Source: Dickeya dadantii NCPPB 898 (GTDB lineage: Bacteria > Pseudomonadota > Gammaproteobacteria > Enterobacterales > Enterobacteriaceae). From it: a stretch of 32,000 nt of DNA. This document shows, piece by piece, positions 1-8,568 of this stretch. The position numbers and the translations under genes are program-made. The stretch covers positions 2,771,337 to 2,803,336 of the forward strand of contig NZ_CM001976.1 of NCBI RefSeq assembly GCF_000406145.1, given 5' to 3'. Under the pieces are notes generated by a model. That model was not told the DNA's origin and did no database searches. It saw only the letters and a program-made list of their open reading frames with translations. Numbering within the stretch: the first letter of the stretch is position 1; every line of letters starts with the position of its first letter.

Positions 1-810
1 GATGTCGATATCGTCGGCCTGATAGCGCTTGGTGGCGTTGGATTCCTGATTGATCGGCACAAAGGTGACCTGCGTCAGCCGGGTATTGGCGTGATCCCAG
101 TAATGGCTATTCGGCGTCAGCACCAGTTTTTCATTGACCACCCGATCTTTCAGTACGAAAGCGCCATTGCCCACCAGATTGCCCGGTTTGATCCACTCGT
201 TGCCGTATTTTTCCACCGTAGCCTGATGCACCGGATAAAGACAGAAATTGGCCATCAGGCTGATGAAATAAGGCACCGGCTTGCTCAGTTGCACCTTTAA
301 CGTGTGATCGTCAACCGCCATGACGCCCAGTTTGTCGGCGGGCAGCTTGCCGGCCAGGATATCATCCGCATTGACGATCCCCGTCAGCCGGATAAACCAG
401 CTAAACGGCGACGTATTTTGCGGCGTCGCCAGTCGCCGCCAGCTGTAGACAAAGTCTCTGGCGGTGACCGGATCGCCGTTCGACCAGCGCGCGTCAGGGC
501 GCAGAGTAAAAATAAAGGTGCGGTTATCGTTAGTCTGCCAGCGCTGAGCGACGCCGGGGATCGGATTACCCTGCGCGTCCTGATTCACCAGCCCTTCGAA
601 CAGGTCGCGAATCACCTGAATCTCCGGCAAACCAACCGCTTTAATCGGGTCCAGCGACGCCGGTTCATCCTTGATGTGGCGGACGATCTCCTGCCGGTCC
701 GCCAGAACGGCGCCGGCAGGAACCTGCGCCGCGCCTGCCGGGTTCATCAGCGCTGTCATCAGGACGGCGGAAACCACGCCGACGGAAACTGCGGAATAAC
801 GAAAGTGCAT
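1..810 (-). CDS. mppA: Periplasmic oligopeptide/murein-tripeptide ABC substrate-binding protein (OppA/MppA family). This is the N-terminal 270 codons; the 3' end lies outside the window.
   Basis: Hand translation of the minus strand from ATG (cat at 808-810) gives MHFRYSAVSVGVVSAVLMTALMNPAGAAQV... (signal peptide), then DEPASLDPIKAVGLPEIQVIRDLFEGLVNQD...RWSNGDPVTARDFVYSWRRL, typical of family-5 SBPs. The frame is open to position 1. It lies divergent to mpaA, as in E. coli. It is not in the ORF track because it is open-ended. Confidence 0.85.
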   Translation of the reverse strand, partial: MHFRYSAVSVGVVSAVLMTALMNPAGAAQVPAGAVLADRQEIVRHIKDEPASLDPIKAVGLPEIQVIRDLFEGLVNQDAQGNPIPGVAQRWQTNDNRTFIFTLRPDARWSNGDPVTARDFVYSWRRLATPQNTSPFSWFIRLTGIVNADDILAGKLPADKLGVMAVDDHTLKVQLSKPVPYFISLMANFCLYPVHQATVEKYGNEWIKPGNLVGNGAFVLKDRVVNEKLVLTPNSHYWDHANTRLTQVTFVPINQESNATKRYQADDIDI

Positions 811-959
811 GTTGTGTCCTTAACCAAAGAGGCCCTGTCTTCGCCAGCCCGCCGTATCGTGCCGACGCCGCGGGAGGGATGCAGGAACAACCGGGAGTCA
901 TCTCTGCGCACGGAAGACGGCACGCGATCATCACCGGTCAAAAAAAGAAATTCGTCTAT

Positions 960-991
960 ACCGTCATGTATCAAGACCGTCATGCATCAAG
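960..991. repeat. Tandem 16-bp direct repeat (accgtcatgtatcaag / accgtcatgcatcaag) in the mppA-mpaA divergent intergenic region
   Basis: Read directly: two adjacent 16-mers differing at one base, at 960-975 and 976-991. Confidence 0.85.
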
Positions 992-1220
992 CGGCAGGCA
1001 CGTGCGCTGCCCAGCAAGCACTCCAGAGCATTGAGGGTATATCTACTGAAAAAATCGTTATCAGGCTGGAAGTTATCATAGTCTCAAACCTGCTCTTCCA
1101 GCCAGCGGCGCGACGCCGGTTTGCGGAGCGTTCCGCGATTTCGGGCCGGCTCCCGCGACCAGCAGGGATTTTTTGTTATCATCAGGCAAAACACCGCTGA
1201 CTATTGTTCAGGATGCCGCC

Positions 1221-1952
1221 ATGACAGACACCGAGTTTCTTTATCGACCCCGTACCGAACGCGGGTTCTTTACTTCGCCGGGCCAGGAGTATGGCCGCTC
1301 CCGGCTGGGTGCGCCGCTGCTTTGGTTCCCGGCGGAAGTGGAAGGAAAACACAGCGGATTGATCCTCGCCGGCACGCACGGCGACGAAACCGCGTCGGTG
1401 GTGGCGCTCTCCTGCGCGTTGCGTACGCTAGCGCCGGGCAGCCGGGCTCACCATGTGGTACTGGCGGTCAATCCGGATGGCTGTCAGTTGGGCCTGCGCG
1501 CCAATGCCGGCGGCGTCGATCTCAACCGTAATTTCCCGGCGGCCAACTGGCAGCCGGATGGCACTGTCTACCGCTGGAGCGAAGACACGCCAGTGCGCGA
1601 CGTACAGCTCTCCACCGGCGATCGCCCCGGCTCCGAGCCGGAAACGCAGGCATTGTGTCGCCTGATCGATCGGCTATCGCCGCCGTGGGTGGTGTCCTTT
1701 CATGAGCCGCTGGCCTGCATCGACGATCCCCATCGTTCCGAGCTGGGCGGCTGGCTGGCGCGTGAATTCGCGCTGCCGCTGGTCGACAGCGTGGGCTACC
1801 CAACGCCGGGATCGTTTGGCAGTTGGTGCGCCGAGCGCCGCCTGCATTGCATCACCGCCGAGTTGCCGGTGATTGCCGCCGACAGCGCCAATCACCGCTA
1901 TCTGACCGCCCTGACCCGGTTGCTGTCCCATAATTTTTTATACCAATGTTGA
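1221..1952 (+). CDS. mpaA: Murein tripeptide amidase A (gamma-D-Glu-meso-Dap amidase, M14 family)
   Basis: The ORF aligns with E. coli MpaA from MTDTEFLYRPRTERGFF...GRSRLGAPLLWFP...GTHGDE. I chose the ATG at 1221, preceded by AGGA 7 nt upstream, over the TTG at 1173 given in the ORF track. Confidence 0.85.
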   Translation: MTDTEFLYRPRTERGFFTSPGQEYGRSRLGAPLLWFPAEVEGKHSGLILAGTHGDETASVVALSCALRTLAPGSRAHHVVLAVNPDGCQLGLRANAGGVDLNRNFPAANWQPDGTVYRWSEDTPVRDVQLSTGDRPGSEPETQALCRLIDRLSPPWVVSFHEPLACIDDPHRSELGGWLAREFALPLVDSVGYPTPGSFGSWCAERRLHCITAELPVIAADSANHRYLTALTRLLSHNFLYQC

Positions 1953-2007
1953 TCATGTTGCCCTACACTGATCGACATGTTAATCACCTGTAATGAAGGA
2001 CGTAAGC

Positions 2008-2511
2008 ATGTCAACAAATGTACATTTCCAGGGTAACCCGGTGCCGGTAGCAGGATCTTTCCCGGCGGCCGGCGGCAAAGCACCGGCGTTTTCACTGGTT
2101 GCCAAAGACCTCTCTGACGTGGCGCTGAGCCACTACGCAGGCAAGCGCAAAGTCCTAAACATTTTCCCGAGCATCGATACCGGCGTGTGCGCCGCGTCCG
2201 TGCGTAAATTCAATCAGTTGGCATCCAGCCTGGATAATACCGTCGTGCTTTGCATTTCCGCCGACCTGCCGTTCGCCCAGTCCCGCTTCTGCGGCGCCGA
2301 AGGCCTGAACAATGTGGTGGTACTGTCCACCCTGCGCGGCGCCGAATTCCAGGAAAACTACGGTGTGGCGATTGCCGAAGGCGCGCTGAAAGGTCTGACC
2401 GCACGCGCCGTCGTGGTGCTGGACGAAAACGACAACGTGCTGCACAGCGAACTGGTGAACGAAATCACCACCGAACCGAACTACGACGCGGCTATCGCCG
2501 TACTGAAATAA
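2008..2511 (+). CDS. tpx: Thiol peroxidase (atypical 2-Cys peroxiredoxin)
   Basis: [12 protein letters not shown]...[27 protein letters not shown]...[15 protein letters not shown] is near-identical to E. coli Tpx. The ATG at 2008 has an AAGGA RBS at 1996-2000. Confidence 0.95.
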   Translation: MSTNVHFQGNPVPVAGSFPAAGGKAPAFSLVAKDLSDVALSHYAGKRKVLNIFPSIDTGVCAASVRKFNQLASSLDNTVVLCISADLPFAQSRFCGAEGLNNVVVLSTLRGAEFQENYGVAIAEGALKGLTARAVVVLDENDNVLHSELVNEITTEPNYDAAIAVLK

Positions 2512-2571
2512 GCTCGGCACCAAATACCCGCGCGAGCAATACATTCGTGCCAACAAGGCCAGTTGCGCTAG

Positions 2572-2603
2572 AAATGCCAGTCAGTCGACTGGCATTTTTT
2601 TCT
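2572..2603 (+). terminator. Rho-independent terminator after tpx. It may act in both directions, since the convergent MFS gene ends at 2635.
   Basis: An 11-bp perfect stem, aaatgccagtc (2572-2582) pairing with gactggcattt (2587-2597), a 4-nt loop agtc, then a T run (tttttttc). Confidence 0.75.
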
Positions 2604-2634
2604 TCCCAAACGCCTTTTGCCGCCGTTATTTCTC

Positions 2635-4047
2635 TCAGACCATCGGTCGTGGGTACGCCAGCATCAACCGGTTGCGCAGCGCGCACAGCACCAATACCAA
2701 CATCAGCCCCCATTCCGCCATCAGCGTGGCAATCAGCGCGCTGGCAAAATGCCCGCCGCTGGTATGCAACACCTGAACCAGCACCGTACCCAGCACAATC
2801 GGCCCCAGCCCCAGCGATGCCTGTTGCATAGTGGAAAGCAGCGCGCTGCCCGCGCCCGCCTGATGCGTCGGCACATCCGACAGCCCGATGCGATAAAAGC
2901 TGCTGACAATAAATGCCTGACCGAAGCCAATCATCATGGTCGCAGGCAATAATTGCAGCACCGACACCGGCCAGCGCCACGCCAGCGACGCCATCAGCAG
3001 CGCCAGCCCGCTCATCTGAATCGCGCATCCGGTCAGCAACGCTCCGATAGTGCCGATACGGGTGGCGAGACGACCGCTGAGCAACGATGCAACAAAATAG
3101 GACAGCCCCAGCCCGATAAAACTGTTACCCGACTGCAGCGGCGTAAAACCAGCGCCGGATTGCAGGGTGTAAGCAACCGCGAACATAAAGCCGCTCCAAC
3201 TGGAGAAAAACAGCAGCGCCAACAGCAAGCCGAAGCGGATCCCCGGCAACCGGAACAGCGCGGGCGGCAGCAACGGCGCCGGCTGACGACGTTCCACCCG
3301 CCACAACAGCGCAAACCACACCAGACTGCTCAGCAACACCGCCACGCAGGACCACGGCCAGTGCCAGATTGGCCCTAACGCCAGCGGGAACAGTAGGCTG
3401 GCCAGCATCAGCGACAGCAGCACCGTGCCGGGCATATCCAGCGCCACTGGTTTTTCGCCACGGGTATCCGGCAGACGCGACGGCGCCAGCAACAATACCA
3501 GCAGGCAAACCGGTAGATTGACCAGAAACACGCTGCGCCAGCCATAACCGGCGATATCCAGTTGAATCAAAAAACCGCCCAGCACCTGCCCGACCACAAA
3601 AGCCAGCCCGCCGATGGCGCTGTAAAAACCCAACGCCCGGGCATGCTCACGCCCGCGCAGGCAGACATGAATGGTCGCCAGAATCTGCGGCACCACCAGC
3701 GCGGCACCGACCCCTTGCAAGGCACGAGCCGCCAGCAGCACCCATACCGCCTGAGCGATGCCGCACAGCAGCGACGCCACGCCGAACAGCGCCACGCCGG
3801 CAATGAATACCCGGCGGCGCCCCAGGTTATCGCCCAACCGGCCACCCATCGCCAGCGATACGGCAAACGCCACGCCATATACCGACACCACCAATTCCAG
3901 TTCAGCCGGGCTGGCGGAAAGTGAATGGGCGATCGCTTCCAGCGCCACGTTAACGATCGAAAAATCGATCATCGGCAACAGCTGGCCGGTCAGCAGCACC
4001 ATCAGGCCGATACCGGTAAGCCCCTGCGAAAGTGAAACCTGTTTCAT
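2635..4047 (-). CDS. MFS transporter, DHA2 (EmrB/QacA-like, 14-TMS type) drug/metabolite:H+ antiporter
   Basis: The 470-aa ORF is highly hydrophobic. It carries MFS motif A (GGRLGDNLGRRRVF) and the LLAARALQGVGAAL motif typical of DHA2 exporters. Confidence 0.85.
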   Translation of the reverse strand: MKQVSLSQGLTGIGLMVLLTGQLLPMIDFSIVNVALEAIAHSLSASPAELELVVSVYGVAFAVSLAMGGRLGDNLGRRRVFIAGVALFGVASLLCGIAQAVWVLLAARALQGVGAALVVPQILATIHVCLRGREHARALGFYSAIGGLAFVVGQVLGGFLIQLDIAGYGWRSVFLVNLPVCLLVLLLAPSRLPDTRGEKPVALDMPGTVLLSLMLASLLFPLALGPIWHWPWSCVAVLLSSLVWFALLWRVERRQPAPLLPPALFRLPGIRFGLLLALLFFSSWSGFMFAVAYTLQSGAGFTPLQSGNSFIGLGLSYFVASLLSGRLATRIGTIGALLTGCAIQMSGLALLMASLAWRWPVSVLQLLPATMMIGFGQAFIVSSFYRIGLSDVPTHQAGAGSALLSTMQQASLGLGPIVLGTVLVQVLHTSGGHFASALIATLMAEWGLMLVLVLCALRNRLMLAYPRPMV

Positions 4048-4103
4048 CGATGTACCCTTTGTATTAACTCTGCTGATTGTGTTAATTCTGTGAGGCAGTT
4101 AGC

Positions 4104-4148
4104 ATTATCGATAATTTAAACGGGTACCAGTTCCTGTTTATCCTGGTA
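4104..4148. promoter_or_regulatory. Candidate operator elements in the MFS / MmyB-like divergent promoter region
   Basis: A perfect 12-bp palindrome attatcgataat (4104-4115) and an inverted repeat taccag-N12-ctggta (4125-4130 / 4143-4148), read directly. Any function is inferred. Confidence 0.3.
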
Positions 4149-4199
4149 TAAAAACTACCTGTCTGTAACGATTCACCGCATTATCCGGAGGCTCATGCT

Positions 4200-5117
4200 A
4201 TGGTCATGCCGATACCCGCCCCACAGGCCGACACCCGTGTTGCACCGTTACAACCGGATAACCGCAAACGGCTGGGGGCGTTTTTGCGCGCACGACGTGA
4301 AAGCCTCGACCCGCTGCGTCTGGGCCTGTCGCTGCCCCGTAAACGGCGCACGCCGGGGCTACGCCGCGAAGATGTGGCGCTGCTGGCGGACGTAGGCATT
4401 ACCTGGTACACCTGGCTGGAACAAGGGAGGGAAATTCGCGCCTCCGCCAAAACGCTGACCGCCATTGCCAATGCTCTACAGTTCAACGAAGCGGAAACCC
4501 GGCATCTGTTTATGCTGGCGGGATTGCCGTTCTCCCCGGCCGCGCAGGCCAGTTGCGAGAAAATCAGCGCCGATAGCCAGCGCATCCTCGATCAGCTCAA
4601 CCCGTTTCCGGCGGTGATCGTCAACGCCCGTTTTACCGTTCTGGGATTTAACCTCGCCTGGTGCCGGTTGCTGGATATCGACCTGCATCAGATGGCGCCG
4701 GAAGACCGCAACTGCATCTGGCTGGCGCTCACCCACCCGAACTGGCGGGAAAGGCTGGTGGACCAGCATGAGCTGTTACCCAATCTGGTGGCGATGTTCC
4801 GGGCGCAGATGACGGAACACGCGGGCGAACCGCTGTGGGAAGCGCAATTGCAGCGCTACCTGAGCGCGTCTGAAGAGTTTCGCCAGTTGTGGTACCAGCG
4901 CTACGAGATTCAAGGCGTGGATGACAAAATCAAGCGCTTTCGTCATCCGACGCTGGGCATTTTCACCCTGCGCCAGATCAACTGGTGGAGCGCGTCACGC
5001 AACGGTGACCGGATGCTGGTTTACATGCCCGCCAGCGAGCAGGACAATGCGCGGCTGGTGCAGCTCGCGCAACTGCCGCCGCCCGGCGAACAGCATCAGT
5101 CAGCGCCCCACGATTGA
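4200..5117 (+). CDS. XRE-family HTH transcriptional regulator with an MmyB-like C-terminal ligand-binding domain
   Basis: The N-terminus LGAFLRARRESL...RRTPGLRREDVALLADVGITWYTWLEQGR matches the signature of MmyB-like regulators (GLRREEVA..AGVS..YY.RLEQGR). GGAGG lies 8 nt upstream of the ATG at 4200. The gene is divergent from the MFS exporter. Confidence 0.75.
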   Translation: MVMPIPAPQADTRVAPLQPDNRKRLGAFLRARRESLDPLRLGLSLPRKRRTPGLRREDVALLADVGITWYTWLEQGREIRASAKTLTAIANALQFNEAETRHLFMLAGLPFSPAAQASCEKISADSQRILDQLNPFPAVIVNARFTVLGFNLAWCRLLDIDLHQMAPEDRNCIWLALTHPNWRERLVDQHELLPNLVAMFRAQMTEHAGEPLWEAQLQRYLSASEEFRQLWYQRYEIQGVDDKIKRFRHPTLGIFTLRQINWWSASRNGDRMLVYMPASEQDNARLVQLAQLPPPGEQHQSAPHD

Positions 5118-5130
5118 TGATGACGTCGCC

Positions 5131-7464
5131 TTAAGGCTGAGCGGCGTCGGCAGGTTTCAGTTCCAGCCGGCTGGCACTGGCACCCGGCAGTAGCGGCGTC
5201 AGCGCCTCGCTCATCCAGCGGCGATAGCCATCAAGCCACCAGCGGCTGAGCGGATTACCGCTCTGCCCGCCCGGCAGGCTCAAGGTAGCGTTAGCCTCAT
5301 CGCCCGGCGAAATCACCAATCGTTCCGACGCGCCGAACGTTGGACGATTCACATGCGGCACATTATTGTCCCCGGAGAGCGGCTCCGCCGGCACCCGCAG
5401 CAAACGACCCAGCAGCGGCAGCGACGAGGCCAGCGGGTGGGCGATGCGGCTCTGGTTAACATCTCCCCAGTTACGGTTGCCTTCCCCGTTTTCCCGCCAT
5501 ACCGTCGCCAGTTGTTGCAACGAGAACTGGCACCAGTCTTTGGCCGGCGCGGGCACCCACTGACGCGCCTCATCATGCATCAGCTGTTGCACCGTCATAT
5601 CCCAGCGCGGATTAGCGGCACGGTAGCTGCTCTCCGGCCACGCCTGCGCCAGTTGCTGATCCAACGAGCCGAACAACCGCTGGTAAAGCGTCTCGCGCCA
5701 GCGGCTCAACAGCAGATAGGCCGTTGAGCCAGCCGCCGCCTGCCCGTTCCATTGCTGCAATAGCACGTTGATTGCCGCCTGATCCACGATAGCGTCCGGG
5801 GCGGAGGCATTCAGGCAGTCGAGCAGCCGGTCGCGCCAGCTCGCCGCCAGCAGCGCTCGGTTGTCCAGTTGGATACGGTGCATCGCGGCGATATCCGGCT
5901 GTGTGACGTCGCCCAGCGCCTGATGAATCGCCGATGCGCGTACGCCGGGGTCGGCGCCGCCATCTCCGACGATGTCCCCTTGTTCATCAAACAGCAGGCG
6001 GTTGTTGGCGGTCACGATGACCCCTTGCGGCGGGTCGATCAGTTGAGGATGAGATGCAGGCGACAGCGCCGTATCACGCCAGCGCGCCTGCTGGGCGCTC
6101 GTCAGCGGAAAACTGTTCTGTACGCCGGGCGTGAGCCGGTCCGGCAGCATTCCGGCCAGCGTCCAGCCGATGTGCCCGTGGCTGTCGGCCACCAGCAGAT
6201 TTTGCACCGGCAGGCCGGCTCGTTGCCCGGCCGCCAGCGCTTCCGGCACCGAGCGGGTTTCCGCCATCGCCATCAGCGACAGATCCAGCGAACCCGGCAA
6301 CTGCAACACCCAGTGCATCGCCATGCGTCCTTGCCCGGTCTCGACAATCGGTCCCCAGTCGCTGGTTTGTACCGTCAGCGACTGCGGCTCGCCGTGGCTG
6401 ACCGCCAGCGTTTCCTGCACAAGATGCGGATTGCCCTCAGCGCTATTCAGTTTCACCCAGTCGAAAGTATCGGCGTAACTATTGGTAAAACCCCAGGCGA
6501 TATGTTCATTGCTGCCGCTGACGATGGCGGGCGCGCCGGGCAGAGAGAGCCCGGTCAGGCGCAGCGTCCCGTCATCAGTCGGATAGATCAACTGCGCGCG
6601 ATACCACACCGTTGGCAAACGCAGCCCGAGATGCATGTCGTTTGCCAGTATCGCCCGTTTCGGCGTGCGCACCAGCCACCCATTGCTGCCTTTGGCTTGT
6701 TCTTCAACGCCGGCGGCAAACGACGCACTGTCCTGCTGCCCCCACCACTCAGGCGGCGCGGCTGGCAACGCAGGCCCGGGCGGCAATTGCCCTGCCAGCG
6801 GCGCATCCCACACACTGGCATCCGGCAACAGAAAGTCGGCCTGTTCCGGCGTGCTCTGGTCGGCAATCCAGCCGCGGGCGTATTCGCGGCCGAACTGATT
6901 ATCCTGCAGATCAAAATACATGGCGGCGATCACCAACAAGGTGTCTTCCGGCAGCCAGACTTGCGGCTCGACGCGTAGCAGCCAGTACTCGAACGGCCGT
7001 GTTTTCAGGCTACTTAACCCGGCGTTCACGCCATCAGTATAGCTACGCAGGATCTGCTGCTGGTCGGCGGGCAACTGTTGCCAGCGTCCGGCAACCTGTC
7101 GGCGCAGCAAAAACAACCGGCGCTGACGGTCCAGCGGCAACGCCGCCGCGCCCACCAACGCCGCCAGTTCCCCTGACGCGCTGCGCCTGAGCAAATCCAT
7201 CTGGAAAAAGCGATCCTGCGCATGGACAAACCCCAGCGCGAACGCGGCGGACAGGCGATCGCCCGCCCGGATGATCGGCACGCCGGCGGCGTCTCGCTCC
7301 ACCGTCACCGGCGTATGCAGACCCGGCACGCCCAGCTCGCCATCCAACTGAGGCAGACTCTGGCGCAACAGCATCCACACGGCGACGGCGAGCGCCACCG
7401 CCAGCACGGCGCACAGCGCCAGTCCGCCAACCGTTATCCGTAGCCAGTTGCTCAAACGCACCAC
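5131..7464 (-). CDS. Penicillin-acylase family (peptidase S45, Ntn-hydrolase) protein. It is a candidate N-acyl-amide / acyl-homoserine-lactone acylase with an N-terminal membrane anchor.
   Basis: 777 aa. N-terminal hydrophobic helix LRITVGGLALCAVLAVALAVAVWMLL. Conserved alpha-subunit block RDAAGVPIIRAGDRLSAAFALGFVHAQDRFFQMD. Putative autoprocessing site AKG|SNGWLV, with Ser260 encoded at 6685-6687. GTG start with a GGAGGA RBS. Confidence 0.85.
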   Translation of the reverse strand: MVRLSNWLRITVGGLALCAVLAVALAVAVWMLLRQSLPQLDGELGVPGLHTPVTVERDAAGVPIIRAGDRLSAAFALGFVHAQDRFFQMDLLRRSASGELAALVGAAALPLDRQRRLFLLRRQVAGRWQQLPADQQQILRSYTDGVNAGLSSLKTRPFEYWLLRVEPQVWLPEDTLLVIAAMYFDLQDNQFGREYARGWIADQSTPEQADFLLPDASVWDAPLAGQLPPGPALPAAPPEWWGQQDSASFAAGVEEQAKGSNGWLVRTPKRAILANDMHLGLRLPTVWYRAQLIYPTDDGTLRLTGLSLPGAPAIVSGSNEHIAWGFTNSYADTFDWVKLNSAEGNPHLVQETLAVSHGEPQSLTVQTSDWGPIVETGQGRMAMHWVLQLPGSLDLSLMAMAETRSVPEALAAGQRAGLPVQNLLVADSHGHIGWTLAGMLPDRLTPGVQNSFPLTSAQQARWRDTALSPASHPQLIDPPQGVIVTANNRLLFDEQGDIVGDGGADPGVRASAIHQALGDVTQPDIAAMHRIQLDNRALLAASWRDRLLDCLNASAPDAIVDQAAINVLLQQWNGQAAAGSTAYLLLSRWRETLYQRLFGSLDQQLAQAWPESSYRAANPRWDMTVQQLMHDEARQWVPAPAKDWCQFSLQQLATVWRENGEGNRNWGDVNQSRIAHPLASSLPLLGRLLRVPAEPLSGDNNVPHVNRPTFGASERLVISPGDEANATLSLPGGQSGNPLSRWWLDGYRRWMSEALTPLLPGASASRLELKPADAAQP

Positions 7465-7577
7465 CCTGTCCTCCCTCGTGATTCAGGCGAGCCATCATGA
7501 CAATAGCGTGAGGCTGAAAACTGTTGCATTATCATTTGTATCATCCTGTATCCGCCCTTGTCGCTTTTGGAGGAGAT

Positions 7578-8126
7578 ATGTTTCCGTTGCTGACAGCCCG
7601 CCTGTGCCTGCGCCCGTTTGTTCCCTCCGATGCCGCCGCGCTGCTTGGCGCAATACATGAGTCGCTGGAAACCGTCGGGCGCTGGTTGCCCTGGTGCGTG
7701 TCGGATTACGATCTGCCGATGGCGCAGGACTGGATAACCTGTTGCGAACAGCAGCGCCATGAAGGTGAGTCGTTCGACCTGGCCATCATCGACCGTACCG
7801 GCGGGCGCCTGCTCGGCAACATCGCCATCAACAGTATCAACAAAGCCTATCGAATAGGTAATGTCGGTTACTGGGTTCGGCGGTCAGCACAAGGGCAAGG
7901 GTTGATTCCCGAAGCAGTGCGGGAAATCGTGCCGTTCGGTTTCGGCACGCTGGGGCTGACCCGGCTGGAAATCGTCGCGGCGGAGGAAAACCACGCCAGT
8001 CGCCGGGTGGCGGAAAAAGTGGGCGCGCATTTCGAAGGGTTGCTGCGCAACCGGATTATTATTCGTGACCAGCCGGTAACGGCGGCGTTGTATTCGCTGA
8101 TTCCGGGGGATGTGCTTATTCATTGA
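7578..8126 (+). CDS. GNAT family N-acetyltransferase (RimJ/RimL-like)
   Basis: MFPLLTARLCLRPFVPSDAAALL...IGNVGYWVRRSAQGQGL...LGLTRLEIVAAEENHASRRVAEKVG is typical of Acetyltransf_3 proteins. The ATG at 7578 follows GGAGGA; the 18-codon N-terminal extension in the ORF track was rejected. Confidence 0.75.
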   Translation: MFPLLTARLCLRPFVPSDAAALLGAIHESLETVGRWLPWCVSDYDLPMAQDWITCCEQQRHEGESFDLAIIDRTGGRLLGNIAINSINKAYRIGNVGYWVRRSAQGQGLIPEAVREIVPFGFGTLGLTRLEIVAAEENHASRRVAEKVGAHFEGLLRNRIIIRDQPVTAALYSLIPGDVLIH

Positions 8127-8568
8127 TGTTTGTCGGTATTGACTCATACCTGACCTGACATTTTTACTGCACTGAGCTATGCCTAATCTGGCTGTCTGCT
8201 GTTGCCAGAGGCGGACATGACTACTCGATAAGACTAGACGAGTGGGAGAACGCGAGGCTGAGCGAGCAGGTCAACAGCTTTAGCGGGCAGGTGTAGAGTT
8301 TAAGCGTTCAGATGCACGGTTGTCGAAAAGCTGACGCCATCGAATGGCATCAGCGGCAGGAGCGAGAATTTCAGTACCAGAAAAATCTGGAGTTGGAACG
8401 TCCGCAGAAACAGAAGACCCACAACGGCCCCAGTATGGGATAGCCTGGCAATTCTATTGCGTATTCAGACAGCTCCATCAGGTGGCTGAACTTATCGGCT
8501 TCAGTTGCTATGTTTGCGACAGATCGCTTTACGGTAAAACCGTGTTCCGTCAGTCTGCTGATCAGATT

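Noticed and set aside
304-1200. 298-aa plus-strand ORF
   Set aside because: Its first 500 nt are antisense to the mppA-like gene and the rest crosses the intergenic region. It has no motifs and a biased composition.
5869-6978. 369-aa plus-strand ORF, with nested ORFs at 6131-6478, 6612-7190 and 7043-7498
   Set aside because: All overlap the penicillin-acylase-family gene on the opposite strand or out of frame, and their translations are Arg/Pro-rich nonsense.
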